Of a DNA stretch of 64,000 bases, positions 9,119 through 17,608 are shown piece after piece. The position numbers and the translations under genes are program-made. A model generated the notes under the pieces. That model had not been told where the DNA came from, ran no database searches, and saw only the letters and a program-made list of their open reading frames with translations. Each line of letters starts with the position of its first letter. Position 1 is the stretch's first letter. Location: sequence record NC_042056.1; one strand, given 5' to 3'.

Positions 9119-11440
9119 ATGAAAGAAACTCGAATCTCCAATCTGGAGCGACTGATTGAGCAAGGCAACACTCTGGTTGCTAACTCAGCAGTTGGCACCA
9201 CCACTGCGGATCTGTGGAAAACTGTTGCAGTTGGCGAATCTGTTCGTAGTAACGCACATGCATTCTCTACCGCTGTAAATAGCGCTGGCCAGGCATATGC
9301 TGCTGTGTACGGCGGTAAGCCAATGTCGCACGCGGCACAGGTTGCTTCTGCCATGATTCTTTCTGCCATGGGCAACGAAGAAGAGTTCATGTCCAAGCCT
9401 GCTCGCGAATCTTCCGACAAGCGCTGGAACAACTACATGGAAGTTGCCATCCCTGGCCAAGCTTCCCTGAACGCTGACTACGGTAAAACACCGCTGGTTG
9501 CGACTGAATACTACACCAACAAAGATCTGGATAAAAACCTGGGTCTGACTTGGACTCTGAACGTCCGCGCGCTGGAAACCCAGTCTGCGTTCGCTGAGAA
9601 ACTGTTCCCGACCATCACTGTTGACACCAACGACGTTGGTATCACCGTGCGTACCAAAATCACCACCGTAACCCGTGGTATTCTGAACGCGCTGCTGGCG
9701 AAAGACAGCGTCATCGACGATCGTAAACCGCTGCACAACGCACTGACCGACCACACCGTGCTGCAAGACGATGCTATCCGCATCGTGCCGTACGTGATGG
9801 AAGATGGCGACAACGCCGAATACTTCGTGAGCGATGACATCATCGAAAACGAAACCGTGCGTCTGGGCCGTGTGCCGCCGTACCCGACTAACTATCTGGA
9901 CATCAGCAAGCTGAAAGGCAACCTGTTCCGTCTGGCAGCGCATCCGGGTATCGTAGCTGAAGGTTACGACGAAACTGACGAAATCGCACCGGGTGCTGCA
10001 CTGGGCTCGCTGCTGGTTTCTGTCCGTAAGCCGGGCGACGATGTGAAGGCTGGTAAGAAAATCATCCTGAACACTCGCGACATGCAGTTCGCAAGCTTCC
10101 AGCGTCCTCCTGAAGGTGACGGTCGTGAGCTGGTCCTCCAGTTCCGTCGTACTCAGTTCGCGCTGAACGGCGACTCTCTGGATTACAAAGGCGACGACAT
10201 CCCTGCGCTGTCTGCCCTGAAACAGAGCAAGTACACCCTGCGCTACGTGATCAACATCACCATGAGCCTGTTCACCAACGGTCAGCGCTCCGGCCAGTAC
10301 GAAATCAGCGGTGCCAACCTGTCTATTGAAGACCTGGTTGATGCAACTGGTGCAGAAGTGTCGATGGATTCCGGTATCGGTAAAACCATCATGGACAACC
10401 TGAAAATCGAACTGCTGGGCTGGCGCTTCGACGGTACTCGTACCAACGAGAACCGGAGAACTCAGGGCCTGCTGCTGGACCCGGTCTGGGAACAAGAGAA
10501 CTACAAGCTGCAATACGGTTCTCCGATCATGACCAAACAGCCGGTTGGCGTTGAATACGACGACGCTGAACGTCTGGATGACCTGGTGTCTGCGGTTAAC
10601 ATCCGTAACGAAATGCTGGCCATCACGCAGACCCTGTCTTACACCGATGCGGTTAAGCAGGCGAAAGCAACTATGGTTACACAGTGGGATAAAACTGCTA
10701 TCCGCGGTCTGGGTCGCCACTGGGTTGCTCCGTGGTACGAAGAAGTTGACTTCAACGTTGACAAAATCGTCCAGTCTCTGGAAACCAAAGACGCGCTGAT
10801 CAACGCCCGTCAGGCGCTGCTGCAACGTATCGCTGACCAGGTAACTCGTGCTATCCAGGATAGCCGTTACATGCCTGCTCTGCGTCTGTTGACTGCAAAC
10901 CCGCAAGCTGTACCGAAAGTTGTGATTGCAACTGACGAACCTACTGCTGCAATGCTGCTGCTGCAAGTTGGTGAAACTCGCCTGCTGGGCGACCGTTACG
11001 ACTACGAAGTTGTGACCACCAACGATGACCGCTGGCGCATCAAGAACGAGGCTGACGGTTCTTGGACTCGTCGTCTGCAATGGGTTCTGAAAGTTGACGG
11101 TGTTGAAGAAGGTTCTTACTGTGTTCTGAACTGGGGTAACCACTTCTGGTCTCCGATCATGGTAACCAACATCAACATCCAGCGTAACGGTTCTACCAGC
11201 AAAGAACTTGCTGTGCAGCCTCGTAACGCGCACATCTGCCACTGCCCGATCACTGGTCTGATCTGGGTTAAAGGTATCACCAAACTGGTTGAGCAGAAAC
11301 TGGCTTACAACGTTGTTACCACTCAGAGTGGCGACGGCGCAACCGCAGGCGGCAACGCAGGCGATGTAGCTGGTGATGCTGGTACCGCTGGTGTTACCAC
11401 TCAGAGCGCCGGTACTTCTACCACTGCTCCGAAAAGCTAA
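9119..11440 (+). CDS. major capsid protein precursor (phiKZ gp120/SPN3US gp75 family)
   Basis: 773 aa with the strongest high-expression codon bias in the window. Motifs AFAEKLFPTITV, R.N.NRRTQGLL and NWGNHFWSP. Synteny with helicase, RNAP and portal; strong terminator downstream. Confidence 0.9.
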   Translation: MKETRISNLERLIEQGNTLVANSAVGTTTADLWKTVAVGESVRSNAHAFSTAVNSAGQAYAAVYGGKPMSHAAQVASAMILSAMGNEEEFMSKPARESSDKRWNNYMEVAIPGQASLNADYGKTPLVATEYYTNKDLDKNLGLTWTLNVRALETQSAFAEKLFPTITVDTNDVGITVRTKITTVTRGILNALLAKDSVIDDRKPLHNALTDHTVLQDDAIRIVPYVMEDGDNAEYFVSDDIIENETVRLGRVPPYPTNYLDISKLKGNLFRLAAHPGIVAEGYDETDEIAPGAALGSLLVSVRKPGDDVKAGKKIILNTRDMQFASFQRPPEGDGRELVLQFRRTQFALNGDSLDYKGDDIPALSALKQSKYTLRYVINITMSLFTNGQRSGQYEISGANLSIEDLVDATGAEVSMDSGIGKTIMDNLKIELLGWRFDGTRTNENRRTQGLLLDPVWEQENYKLQYGSPIMTKQPVGVEYDDAERLDDLVSAVNIRNEMLAITQTLSYTDAVKQAKATMVTQWDKTAIRGLGRHWVAPWYEEVDFNVDKIVQSLETKDALINARQALLQRIADQVTRAIQDSRYMPALRLLTANPQAVPKVVIATDEPTAAMLLLQVGETRLLGDRYDYEVVTTNDDRWRIKNEADGSWTRRLQWVLKVDGVEEGSYCVLNWGNHFWSPIMVTNINIQRNGSTSKELAVQPRNAHICHCPITGLIWVKGITKLVEQKLAYNVVTTQSGDGATAGGNAGDVAGDAGTAGVTTQSAGTSTTAPKS

Positions 11441-11460
11441 GCCTTAGGCTAACGCGGAAT

Positions 11461-11497
11461 ACCCTACTCCTTCGGGAGTAGGGTTTTTCTTTTTTTT
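11461..11497 (+). terminator. intrinsic terminator (cUUCGg)
   Basis: ACCCTACTCC-TTCG-GGAGTAGGGT plus long T tract. Confidence 0.9.
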
Positions 11498-11510
11498 GTC
11501 TAAATTTTTT

Positions 11511-11534
11511 GAGATAGATATTATCTAAGGGAAG
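11511..11534 (+). promoter_or_regulatory. putative early promoter, copy 2
   Basis: GAGATAGATATTATCTAAGGGAAG. Confidence 0.65.
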
Positions 11535-11566
11535 CAACAACCTTTTCATTTATAAGGAGTATTATC

Positions 11567-12319
11567 GTGGATATCGATTTGTTACCGGTAGTTGAGTTTA
11601 CTGGCGTGAGTAGTGTTACCCCCGTCTTTAACGGACGCGGTTACATTGTTCAATTCACCAACACATCGTACGGGCGTATGTGGACAAACTTCGAGTGTAT
11701 CGAGACGCCTATCTATTTAAGCAGTGATGCTCACGCAGCATTGCTTGCCTATATCGCGGAGCAGAAGAAGCTAGCAGAAAAGAACGACGGTTGGGGTTAC
11801 AGTTCTGAATTCTTGGTTCTCGGCAATGTCCGTTTCTGCTCCCAACACTTTAGTGTGCATTGTGGTCCTGCTGAGGAACGTGTCCATCATCTAACCGAAC
11901 TCTACGTGGCGTTGGCCAACGGTCTGATGTTGAATGACACGTACGAGTGGAAGCCACTTCCATGGGGCCATGAAGGTTCGATTGTTTCGCACTCGAAGCG
12001 CCCAGACGCTGAACTAATCATTTCGGCTGATCAGGGAATGGTAACGTACCTGCGACAAGAGTTCGTCGAATCCCCACACGGACACCACCATTTGCAAGCC
12101 CTGTTTAGGGAACGCAACTATGTACAGATGGAGAGTCCGGTTGTTGAGACAGATATCGAACTTATCAACCTAGCCGATCGTCTTTATAACATCGCCTCGA
12201 CGGGTACATTCCCAAACGATGGTTACACGCTGTCTTTGGAACTCGGTTTGGGTAAACTGGACATCGCGAAGATGGACAAAGCCCGACTCCTGAAATTGGC
12301 TGAAACCCTTATCCCGTAA
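11567..12319 (+). CDS. hypothetical protein (accessory insertion in the core block)
   Basis: 250 aa ORF, GTG start after AAGGAGTAT, with its own promoter motif. Confidence 0.7.
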   Translation: MDIDLLPVVEFTGVSSVTPVFNGRGYIVQFTNTSYGRMWTNFECIETPIYLSSDAHAALLAYIAEQKKLAEKNDGWGYSSEFLVLGNVRFCSQHFSVHCGPAEERVHHLTELYVALANGLMLNDTYEWKPLPWGHEGSIVSHSKRPDAELIISADQGMVTYLRQEFVESPHGHHHLQALFRERNYVQMESPVVETDIELINLADRLYNIASTGTFPNDGYTLSLELGLGKLDIAKMDKARLLKLAETLIP

Positions 12320-12371
12320 CATTTTTACGCCAGAGGCATAGCCTATGTGCCTCTTTGAATCCACGCATTCT

Positions 12372-12393
12372 GAGATAGATATTATCTCTGTGA
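12372..12393 (+). promoter_or_regulatory. putative early promoter, copy 3
   Basis: GAGATAGATATTATCTCTGTGA upstream of the operon containing the nvRNAP subunit. Confidence 0.6.
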
Positions 12394-12426
12394 ATTGACG
12401 ATTGGTTTTAAAGCTGGAAGTAAATA

Positions 12427-13518
12427 ATGAAACGACATAATCTAGATATCGCACCGGTTATCTCGAAGAAGCCTATTCGGCATAACGCCCTTAGGAAAAC
12501 CTTCACTTACGAGAATAACACCGGCACGCCAGTCTACGTTACGGATTCAACAGGGTCGTACATTATCATTGAGCCCAAGAGAAATGTTATCTCGCCGAAC
12601 GCTATCGTGGTGTATGTCACGTACAGCATTCCGGCGGGAATGGCAAATCTCATTGGTATCGCAGACACCCTACCTGCGGCTGTCTATCAGAATCTGTGTC
12701 GTGAGCTGGATAGATTCGGTGAATCCACCTTGATGTACATCGTGGAAGATCCCGTACCCATTTTACGTGGAGAAGCTATTGTATTGGAGAACCTGGGGTT
12801 ATCCTTCTCGGTTCGCCCATTAGAATTAGATAAGACACCTGTTCATCGCAATGGCCAAGCGACGGAACTGACGTTAGGTATTGTTGTAGTGCAGCGCCAC
12901 GATGACACACGCGTAATAAAGTGGGTGCGGTATTACAACACGATGGTTCAGGTGGTTCCAATCAAGGCGAAGTTTTACGAGCCGGGAATGTATCTGGTGA
13001 TGATGAGTGGAGATATTGTAGAAGGAAGTCGACTGTTACATTTCGACTTCGATGACCCAATGTCGCCGATGCGGGGGTTTGAAACAGAAGAAGCAGCTCG
13101 CCAGTTCAGGTGGGTTACGGATGCTGTTCCTGCATTAACTGATCTTAGAAACAAACTCGAAGCGCAAATCGCCGCCAACGACTTGTCTCATGCCCAGCAC
13201 AAGCAACAATTAGATGTTGAGCATAGACGCAAGCTTAACGAAATGACAATCGAACGGGAGCAACAGGCCGCCCTCTTCAGGGAACTGGAGATGAAGGTTA
13301 AACAGCGAGCAGAAGAACGAAAAGACAGCTTTGATGAACGGTCTACATTACGTAAAGACCATTACGACGAACGGTCGACCGTCAGGAAAGACCAATCGGA
13401 TGAACGTAAGGAACATTACGAAAACCGTTCACAGACACGTAAAGACGCGTCTGAAACATTGAAAGCTATCCCGGCGATATTAGCAGCGGGGGTGGCTATC
13501 GTAGCGATGCTTATGTGA
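12427..13518 (+). CDS. conserved phiKZ-like hypothetical protein with C-terminal coiled coil, 11-aa repeats and hydrophobic anchor
   Basis: 363 aa with RKDxxDERSxx repeats; ends AIPAILAAGVAIVAMLM. Lies just before the RNAP subunit. Confidence 0.7.
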   Translation: MKRHNLDIAPVISKKPIRHNALRKTFTYENNTGTPVYVTDSTGSYIIIEPKRNVISPNAIVVYVTYSIPAGMANLIGIADTLPAAVYQNLCRELDRFGESTLMYIVEDPVPILRGEAIVLENLGLSFSVRPLELDKTPVHRNGQATELTLGIVVVQRHDDTRVIKWVRYYNTMVQVVPIKAKFYEPGMYLVMMSGDIVEGSRLLHFDFDDPMSPMRGFETEEAARQFRWVTDAVPALTDLRNKLEAQIAANDLSHAQHKQQLDVEHRRKLNEMTIEREQQAALFRELEMKVKQRAEERKDSFDERSTLRKDHYDERSTVRKDQSDERKEHYENRSQTRKDASETLKAIPAILAAGVAIVAMLM

Positions 13519-13531
13519 GAGGAGAGAATGT

Positions 13532-15301
13532 GTGTTTGCAGATGCGATAAAAGAGTTAAAGGCGTCCGGTAAGATTGTCCCCTTTAACCGCGCAGTGGCA
13601 GAAGGCGTCGGCTATGCACAAGCAAAAGATGGTATCCATGAACGGGTGTACGGGATTCTGAAACGCGAACTCACGTACGATGCAGAAACCAACCCAAGAT
13701 TGCCCATCGGGTTAGCGGTGCAACAATATCGTTTCATGTCACCATTCGAAGCCTTTATCTTTAAGGTGGCAAAGGCAGACAATCGTCAAGCACGGGGACG
13801 TGCACCGGTCTCCATTGCCAGAACCGATCAGTATATGATCATGGCCAACATCCGTATTCCGGGAGAGAACAGACTTACTGCACGTCCGATGTATCTGCCG
13901 TTTATACGTCGCGGTGGACTGATGTACTCGTGGGGTACTTTATACCATGTTGCGCCGGTGATTCACCAACCGGGTATCTGTCGCGAGCACGGCGGTATCT
14001 TCATTAACTTCGACTTCACCCGTAAAGTCTCACTGAAATTCTGTAAGCACTCAGTGAAGATTCTGGTTAACGGGAAAAAGGAGGAAATCTTCCTGCCGGG
14101 TACATCGAACCTCTACGTCCCTAAAACGACGCAGGGACAAGATTCCGATGAGAAGCCTCTGTTGTATTGGTTGTTCGGTAAGTACGGCTTTAAAGAAGCT
14201 GTAGAGCGTTATACGGGCGCACGCGTTGCCATTTGGCCATCGTACAATCTCAAGTCTATTGATTTGGATAAATACGTGGTGGTGCAATCGGGTGAACCGC
14301 AGCTGGGTAAAAACATCCAGTATGCGATTGTTGTCCGTCGCGAAGATTTACCGAGCACCGAGAAGTCGCGCTGGGATCAGAACGAACACATGCTGTTGGC
14401 GATGTGTGCAGCTTTCTACAAAGCAGCGCATTTCTACGCAGGCCGTCGTACTGGTCGGAGTCAGCAACGTAACGCATTGGCACCTCTATTCACCTCTATC
14501 AACGAATTCGATGTTGATGGTGACATTGCCAACCTGAACTCTAAGGATATCTGGAAGGAGATTCTGGGACGCAGTATTCAGGGTACGAAGCCTTCTGATG
14601 TGGATTTGCTGCGAAGCATGAACAGCCACTTCATGGAGTGTGAGCGTTATGTGAACAACACGTTCCGTGCCGAACTCATGGCGGTGGACCCGGACATCGA
14701 TCCAGAGATGGATATGTTCGACTTCCTGTACTACACCACCAAGATGATGGTTCGCACACGTTTGACCAAGCAGGATGATTTCTCGTCCATGTACGGCAAA
14801 CGCTTAACCGTTACCGATTACCTGTTGCTGGCACCAAAAGGTTTCACCAGTACGATCTCCAACATCCGTTGGCGGTTGAGTCAGCTGGAGAACCGGACAG
14901 CCGAAAGTTGCCACGAAACCATTCGTGATGAGTTGAATAAGAAGATTGTACCTAACCTTGTCTGTCGTGGTATCACGTCGAACGGGGGCATCAACTTCTT
15001 CAATGCATCTACTGAATCGATGGTACTGGCGGTCTCTACGCACGCAATTGGTCAGACGGAAACAGACAGTAAACGCGGTAAGAAAGGTAAGACCGTTAAC
15101 CTTAACGACCGTACCAAACACGCTTCGGCGTCGCATCTTGAATGTGGCAACGTACACTTCATTCCGAAGTCTGCCCCGTTCAAGTCTAACATCCTCAATG
15201 CGTATATGTTGACCAGCCGCCAGCTTGTGATGATGCGTAACCCGAAACTGAAGAAAGAAATCGAAGCCGCCGAGATTGACATCGCGCAAATCGGCCGATA
15301 A
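13532..15301 (+). CDS. non-virion RNA polymerase beta subunit, N-terminal part (phiKZ gp123-like)
   Basis: 589 aa with RPMYLPF..RGGLM...G..Y.V.PV, MYGKRLTV and H.S..E.G motifs typical of phiKZ split beta subunits; conserved position downstream of the capsid gene. Confidence 0.8.
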   Translation: MFADAIKELKASGKIVPFNRAVAEGVGYAQAKDGIHERVYGILKRELTYDAETNPRLPIGLAVQQYRFMSPFEAFIFKVAKADNRQARGRAPVSIARTDQYMIMANIRIPGENRLTARPMYLPFIRRGGLMYSWGTLYHVAPVIHQPGICREHGGIFINFDFTRKVSLKFCKHSVKILVNGKKEEIFLPGTSNLYVPKTTQGQDSDEKPLLYWLFGKYGFKEAVERYTGARVAIWPSYNLKSIDLDKYVVVQSGEPQLGKNIQYAIVVRREDLPSTEKSRWDQNEHMLLAMCAAFYKAAHFYAGRRTGRSQQRNALAPLFTSINEFDVDGDIANLNSKDIWKEILGRSIQGTKPSDVDLLRSMNSHFMECERYVNNTFRAELMAVDPDIDPEMDMFDFLYYTTKMMVRTRLTKQDDFSSMYGKRLTVTDYLLLAPKGFTSTISNIRWRLSQLENRTAESCHETIRDELNKKIVPNLVCRGITSNGGINFFNASTESMVLAVSTHAIGQTETDSKRGKKGKTVNLNDRTKHASASHLECGNVHFIPKSAPFKSNILNAYMLTSRQLVMMRNPKLKKEIEAAEIDIAQIGR

Positions 15302-15325
15302 GTATACTTTAAGGAGAATCATTTA

Positions 15326-16894
15326 ATGGCAATTTCATCCAGTGCAGTCGTGAAAATCATCGAAAGTCGTTTAGCGGCTGGCAATGACACGACGCTTACT
15401 GCCATCAATCAGACCATCAGCGAACGTGGTATCAGTGCGCAAGATGCACTGGACATCGCTATCCAGATTGGTGACATACTCCTGGGTAAGGGCGTTGCTC
15501 AAGACAAGATTGTAGAGAACATTATTTCTGCGTACAAAGCCGCTGCGTATCAGCTGTTGCAGAAAGCCGGTATCGCGTTCCAGAGTGACCCTGGCCTACA
15601 TGAACGTCTGAACAAGTTCTTCCAAGAGGTGCGGGCCATGATCAAAGCCGCTGCCCAAAGTTCCACTGGAACCTTAGGCGGGTTGGTCGGTACCGCAATT
15701 CCGGGTGCAAGTTTGTCTGTTGCTCCAAGTGCGCCAGTGACGTCTTCCCCAATCGGTGATTTGGGTGGGATTCAAGTTGGTGATGGTATCCCCGTAACTC
15801 CGGCAGCTACCAGTCCGGGTCTTAGTGCAGTTAGTGCCACGCCGCTTGAGGCGTTTGCAGAAACTCCCGCAGCCGCCAAAGCCGCTGCACCACAACAACC
15901 CGCGCCAAAGGTGAATCCCGTGTTAAACGCTCCGGTTAAACAGATTATCGAGGTAGAAGATTTGGAAACGTACGCAGAACATGAACTGTCAACGCCACGT
16001 ACTCGCGTGTCGGTCAGTGCGAAAGATGCCAATGAGAAAGTCAACGAGTTCCTGACCACCGGTAACTGGGTTGAGCCACTGGCTGATCTCCTAGCTGGGA
16101 AAACCAACGCGGTGTATTACGCGGGCGCAGATATTCTGGTGCGCGCTAACCGTGTCACTCGCCGTTATCTGGTTAACCCGACGAAAGATGCCGAGTTCGA
16201 AACGCGTATTGCGGAGTTCACTTCGCAGCACGAATCTCAGCTGGCGCGTCTGGACGATCTCTATGGAATGGATGACCCTGAGAAAATCATCAATGCGGTA
16301 ACCTCGGTTGTGCAGAAGATGAAAGAGAACTTCGTCTCCTTCTACACCGACATGCTGCGTGAAGGTGCGGCCTCTGAAATCGTGGCCTCCGAAGTAGCCC
16401 GCTTCACCAACGTTGCACTGGGCACCATGTCCATTGCGGTACACAACGCACTGAGCCTCGGTACTAACCGCTGCCAGAGCATTCCAACCAATCCGAAGAT
16501 TGAGCTGGAACGTAACATGGATGACCTGGAGTTCTTCTCTGACATCCTGTACCAGAAAACCGTTGGCGATAATGGCTACACCACGGAGCCGGATTTCTTC
16601 CGTGAGCTGTTCATGATGGTGGCCTCTTCCCTGCGTAAAGTTAATGTGCGCTACAGTTCTGGTGAACTGATCGTACGTCACGAAATCGCAGAGATTGTGA
16701 TTCCGGGTAACTACCCAACCCTGAAACGCAATAACGTGGTGGGTAAACATTCTCTGGGTGCAACGCACGACCCGGTGACCACCATCTTCGAAGAGTTCGT
16801 CCGTAACAAGCCAGAAGTGAACGTCATGCTGAAAGCCGATGAAAGTTATCTGCTGCTGAGCACTGGCGAAAACACTGCGCCGATTTATTACTAA
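15326..16894 (+). CDS. conserved hypothetical protein with Ala/Pro-rich linker
   Basis: 522 aa ORF, SD AAGGAG, followed by a terminator. Confidence 0.75.
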   Translation: MAISSSAVVKIIESRLAAGNDTTLTAINQTISERGISAQDALDIAIQIGDILLGKGVAQDKIVENIISAYKAAAYQLLQKAGIAFQSDPGLHERLNKFFQEVRAMIKAAAQSSTGTLGGLVGTAIPGASLSVAPSAPVTSSPIGDLGGIQVGDGIPVTPAATSPGLSAVSATPLEAFAETPAAAKAAAPQQPAPKVNPVLNAPVKQIIEVEDLETYAEHELSTPRTRVSVSAKDANEKVNEFLTTGNWVEPLADLLAGKTNAVYYAGADILVRANRVTRRYLVNPTKDAEFETRIAEFTSQHESQLARLDDLYGMDDPEKIINAVTSVVQKMKENFVSFYTDMLREGAASEIVASEVARFTNVALGTMSIAVHNALSLGTNRCQSIPTNPKIELERNMDDLEFFSDILYQKTVGDNGYTTEPDFFRELFMMVASSLRKVNVRYSSGELIVRHEIAEIVIPGNYPTLKRNNVVGKHSLGATHDPVTTIFEEFVRNKPEVNVMLKADESYLLLSTGENTAPIYY

Positions 16895-16906
16895 GTGAAT
16901 CAAACA

Positions 16907-16938
16907 GGTGACCTTCGGGTCACCTTGTTTTATTTTTT
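16907..16938 (+). terminator. intrinsic terminator (cUUCGg)
   Basis: GGTGACC-TTCG-GGTCACC plus T tract. Confidence 0.85.
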
Positions 16939-16954
16939 TAATCAGGAGAAAAAG

Positions 16955-17221
16955 ATGTTAACTGTCGATATTCTGAATCACGAAGGTAAGAAACTGTTTG
17001 ACTTCGATCTGTCGGTGACGGGCGGAAAGGTATTGGAATTCGCCAAAGCCTGTGATCGCAACGAAACAACGGCCATCAAGAACAAACGCAGCGTGCGTTA
17101 TTCGATGGTGAAAAAAGAACTGGATGCGTGTTTACGGGGAACATTAATTGCGCACCACTTAGCCCGCCTCAACTCCCTCGACCCCCATTTTACCTTCATT
17201 ACTCACGATTATTATAGATAA
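16955..17221 (+). CDS. hypothetical protein
   Basis: ATG 16955 follows SD AGGAG. The track start at 16895 overlaps the terminator. Confidence 0.7.
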   Translation: MLTVDILNHEGKKLFDFDLSVTGGKVLEFAKACDRNETTAIKNKRSVRYSMVKKELDACLRGTLIAHHLARLNSLDPHFTFITHDYYR

Positions 17222-17244
17222 CGTGATACACGCTGAGGTGTAAG

Positions 17245-17550
17245 ATGGTCAAGTTGCTTGTAATCGAGTTAAATCAGTACCGGGATGTGTTGCATCGGTT
17301 CGAGCTGCCTGACAATGTAGCGACTACCGCGTTCTTGGAACGCTTCCGTGGAACCAGAACAGCCATCTACAGTGGTCGTCGCTGGACAGTCTATTATAAC
17401 GTGCGTGGTGCACTCACAGACGCGTTAACCGCAGGGAAGGTAAAGGAGACCACCGCATTTTTAAAAGCCTACGAGAAAGACCCACTGGCGATTGGTATCA
17501 TGCTGGCCGAGAAAGAACAGATCGGTCGTCCTGCCCAACCGGACGAATAA
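17245..17550 (+). CDS. hypothetical protein (possible distant paralogue of 16955..17221)
   Basis: 101 aa ORF, SD GAGGT. Confidence 0.7.
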   Translation: MVKLLVIELNQYRDVLHRFELPDNVATTAFLERFRGTRTAIYSGRRWTVYYNVRGALTDALTAGKVKETTAFLKAYEKDPLAIGIMLAEKEQIGRPAQPDE

Positions 17551-17602
17551 AAAAGAGCAAACTCCTACCCGTAAAGGTAGGAGTTGTGCTGCTTATTTTT
17601 TT
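17551..17602. terminator. bidirectional intrinsic terminator
   Basis: A tract, then ACTCCTACC-cgtaaa-GGTAGGAGT, then T tract, between convergent genes. Confidence 0.75.
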
Positions 17603-17608
17603 TGCTAT

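Noticed and set aside
9185-11242. 685-aa minus-strand ORF antisense to the capsid gene
   Set aside because: Shadow ORF caused by the capsid's strong codon bias, which leaves few antisense stops. No SD or motifs.
16091-16903. 270-aa antisense ORF; similar shadows at 23197..24042, 54588..55271, 58903..59793 and 61147..62001
   Set aside because: Each is fully antisense to a well-supported + gene, with V/Q/R/H-rich mirror-codon composition and no recognisable domains.
16895-16954. Upstream starts given by the track (16895; also 6605, 38559, 42034, 62448)
   Set aside because: They run through terminators or overlap upstream genes. Downstream ATGs have clear SD sequences.
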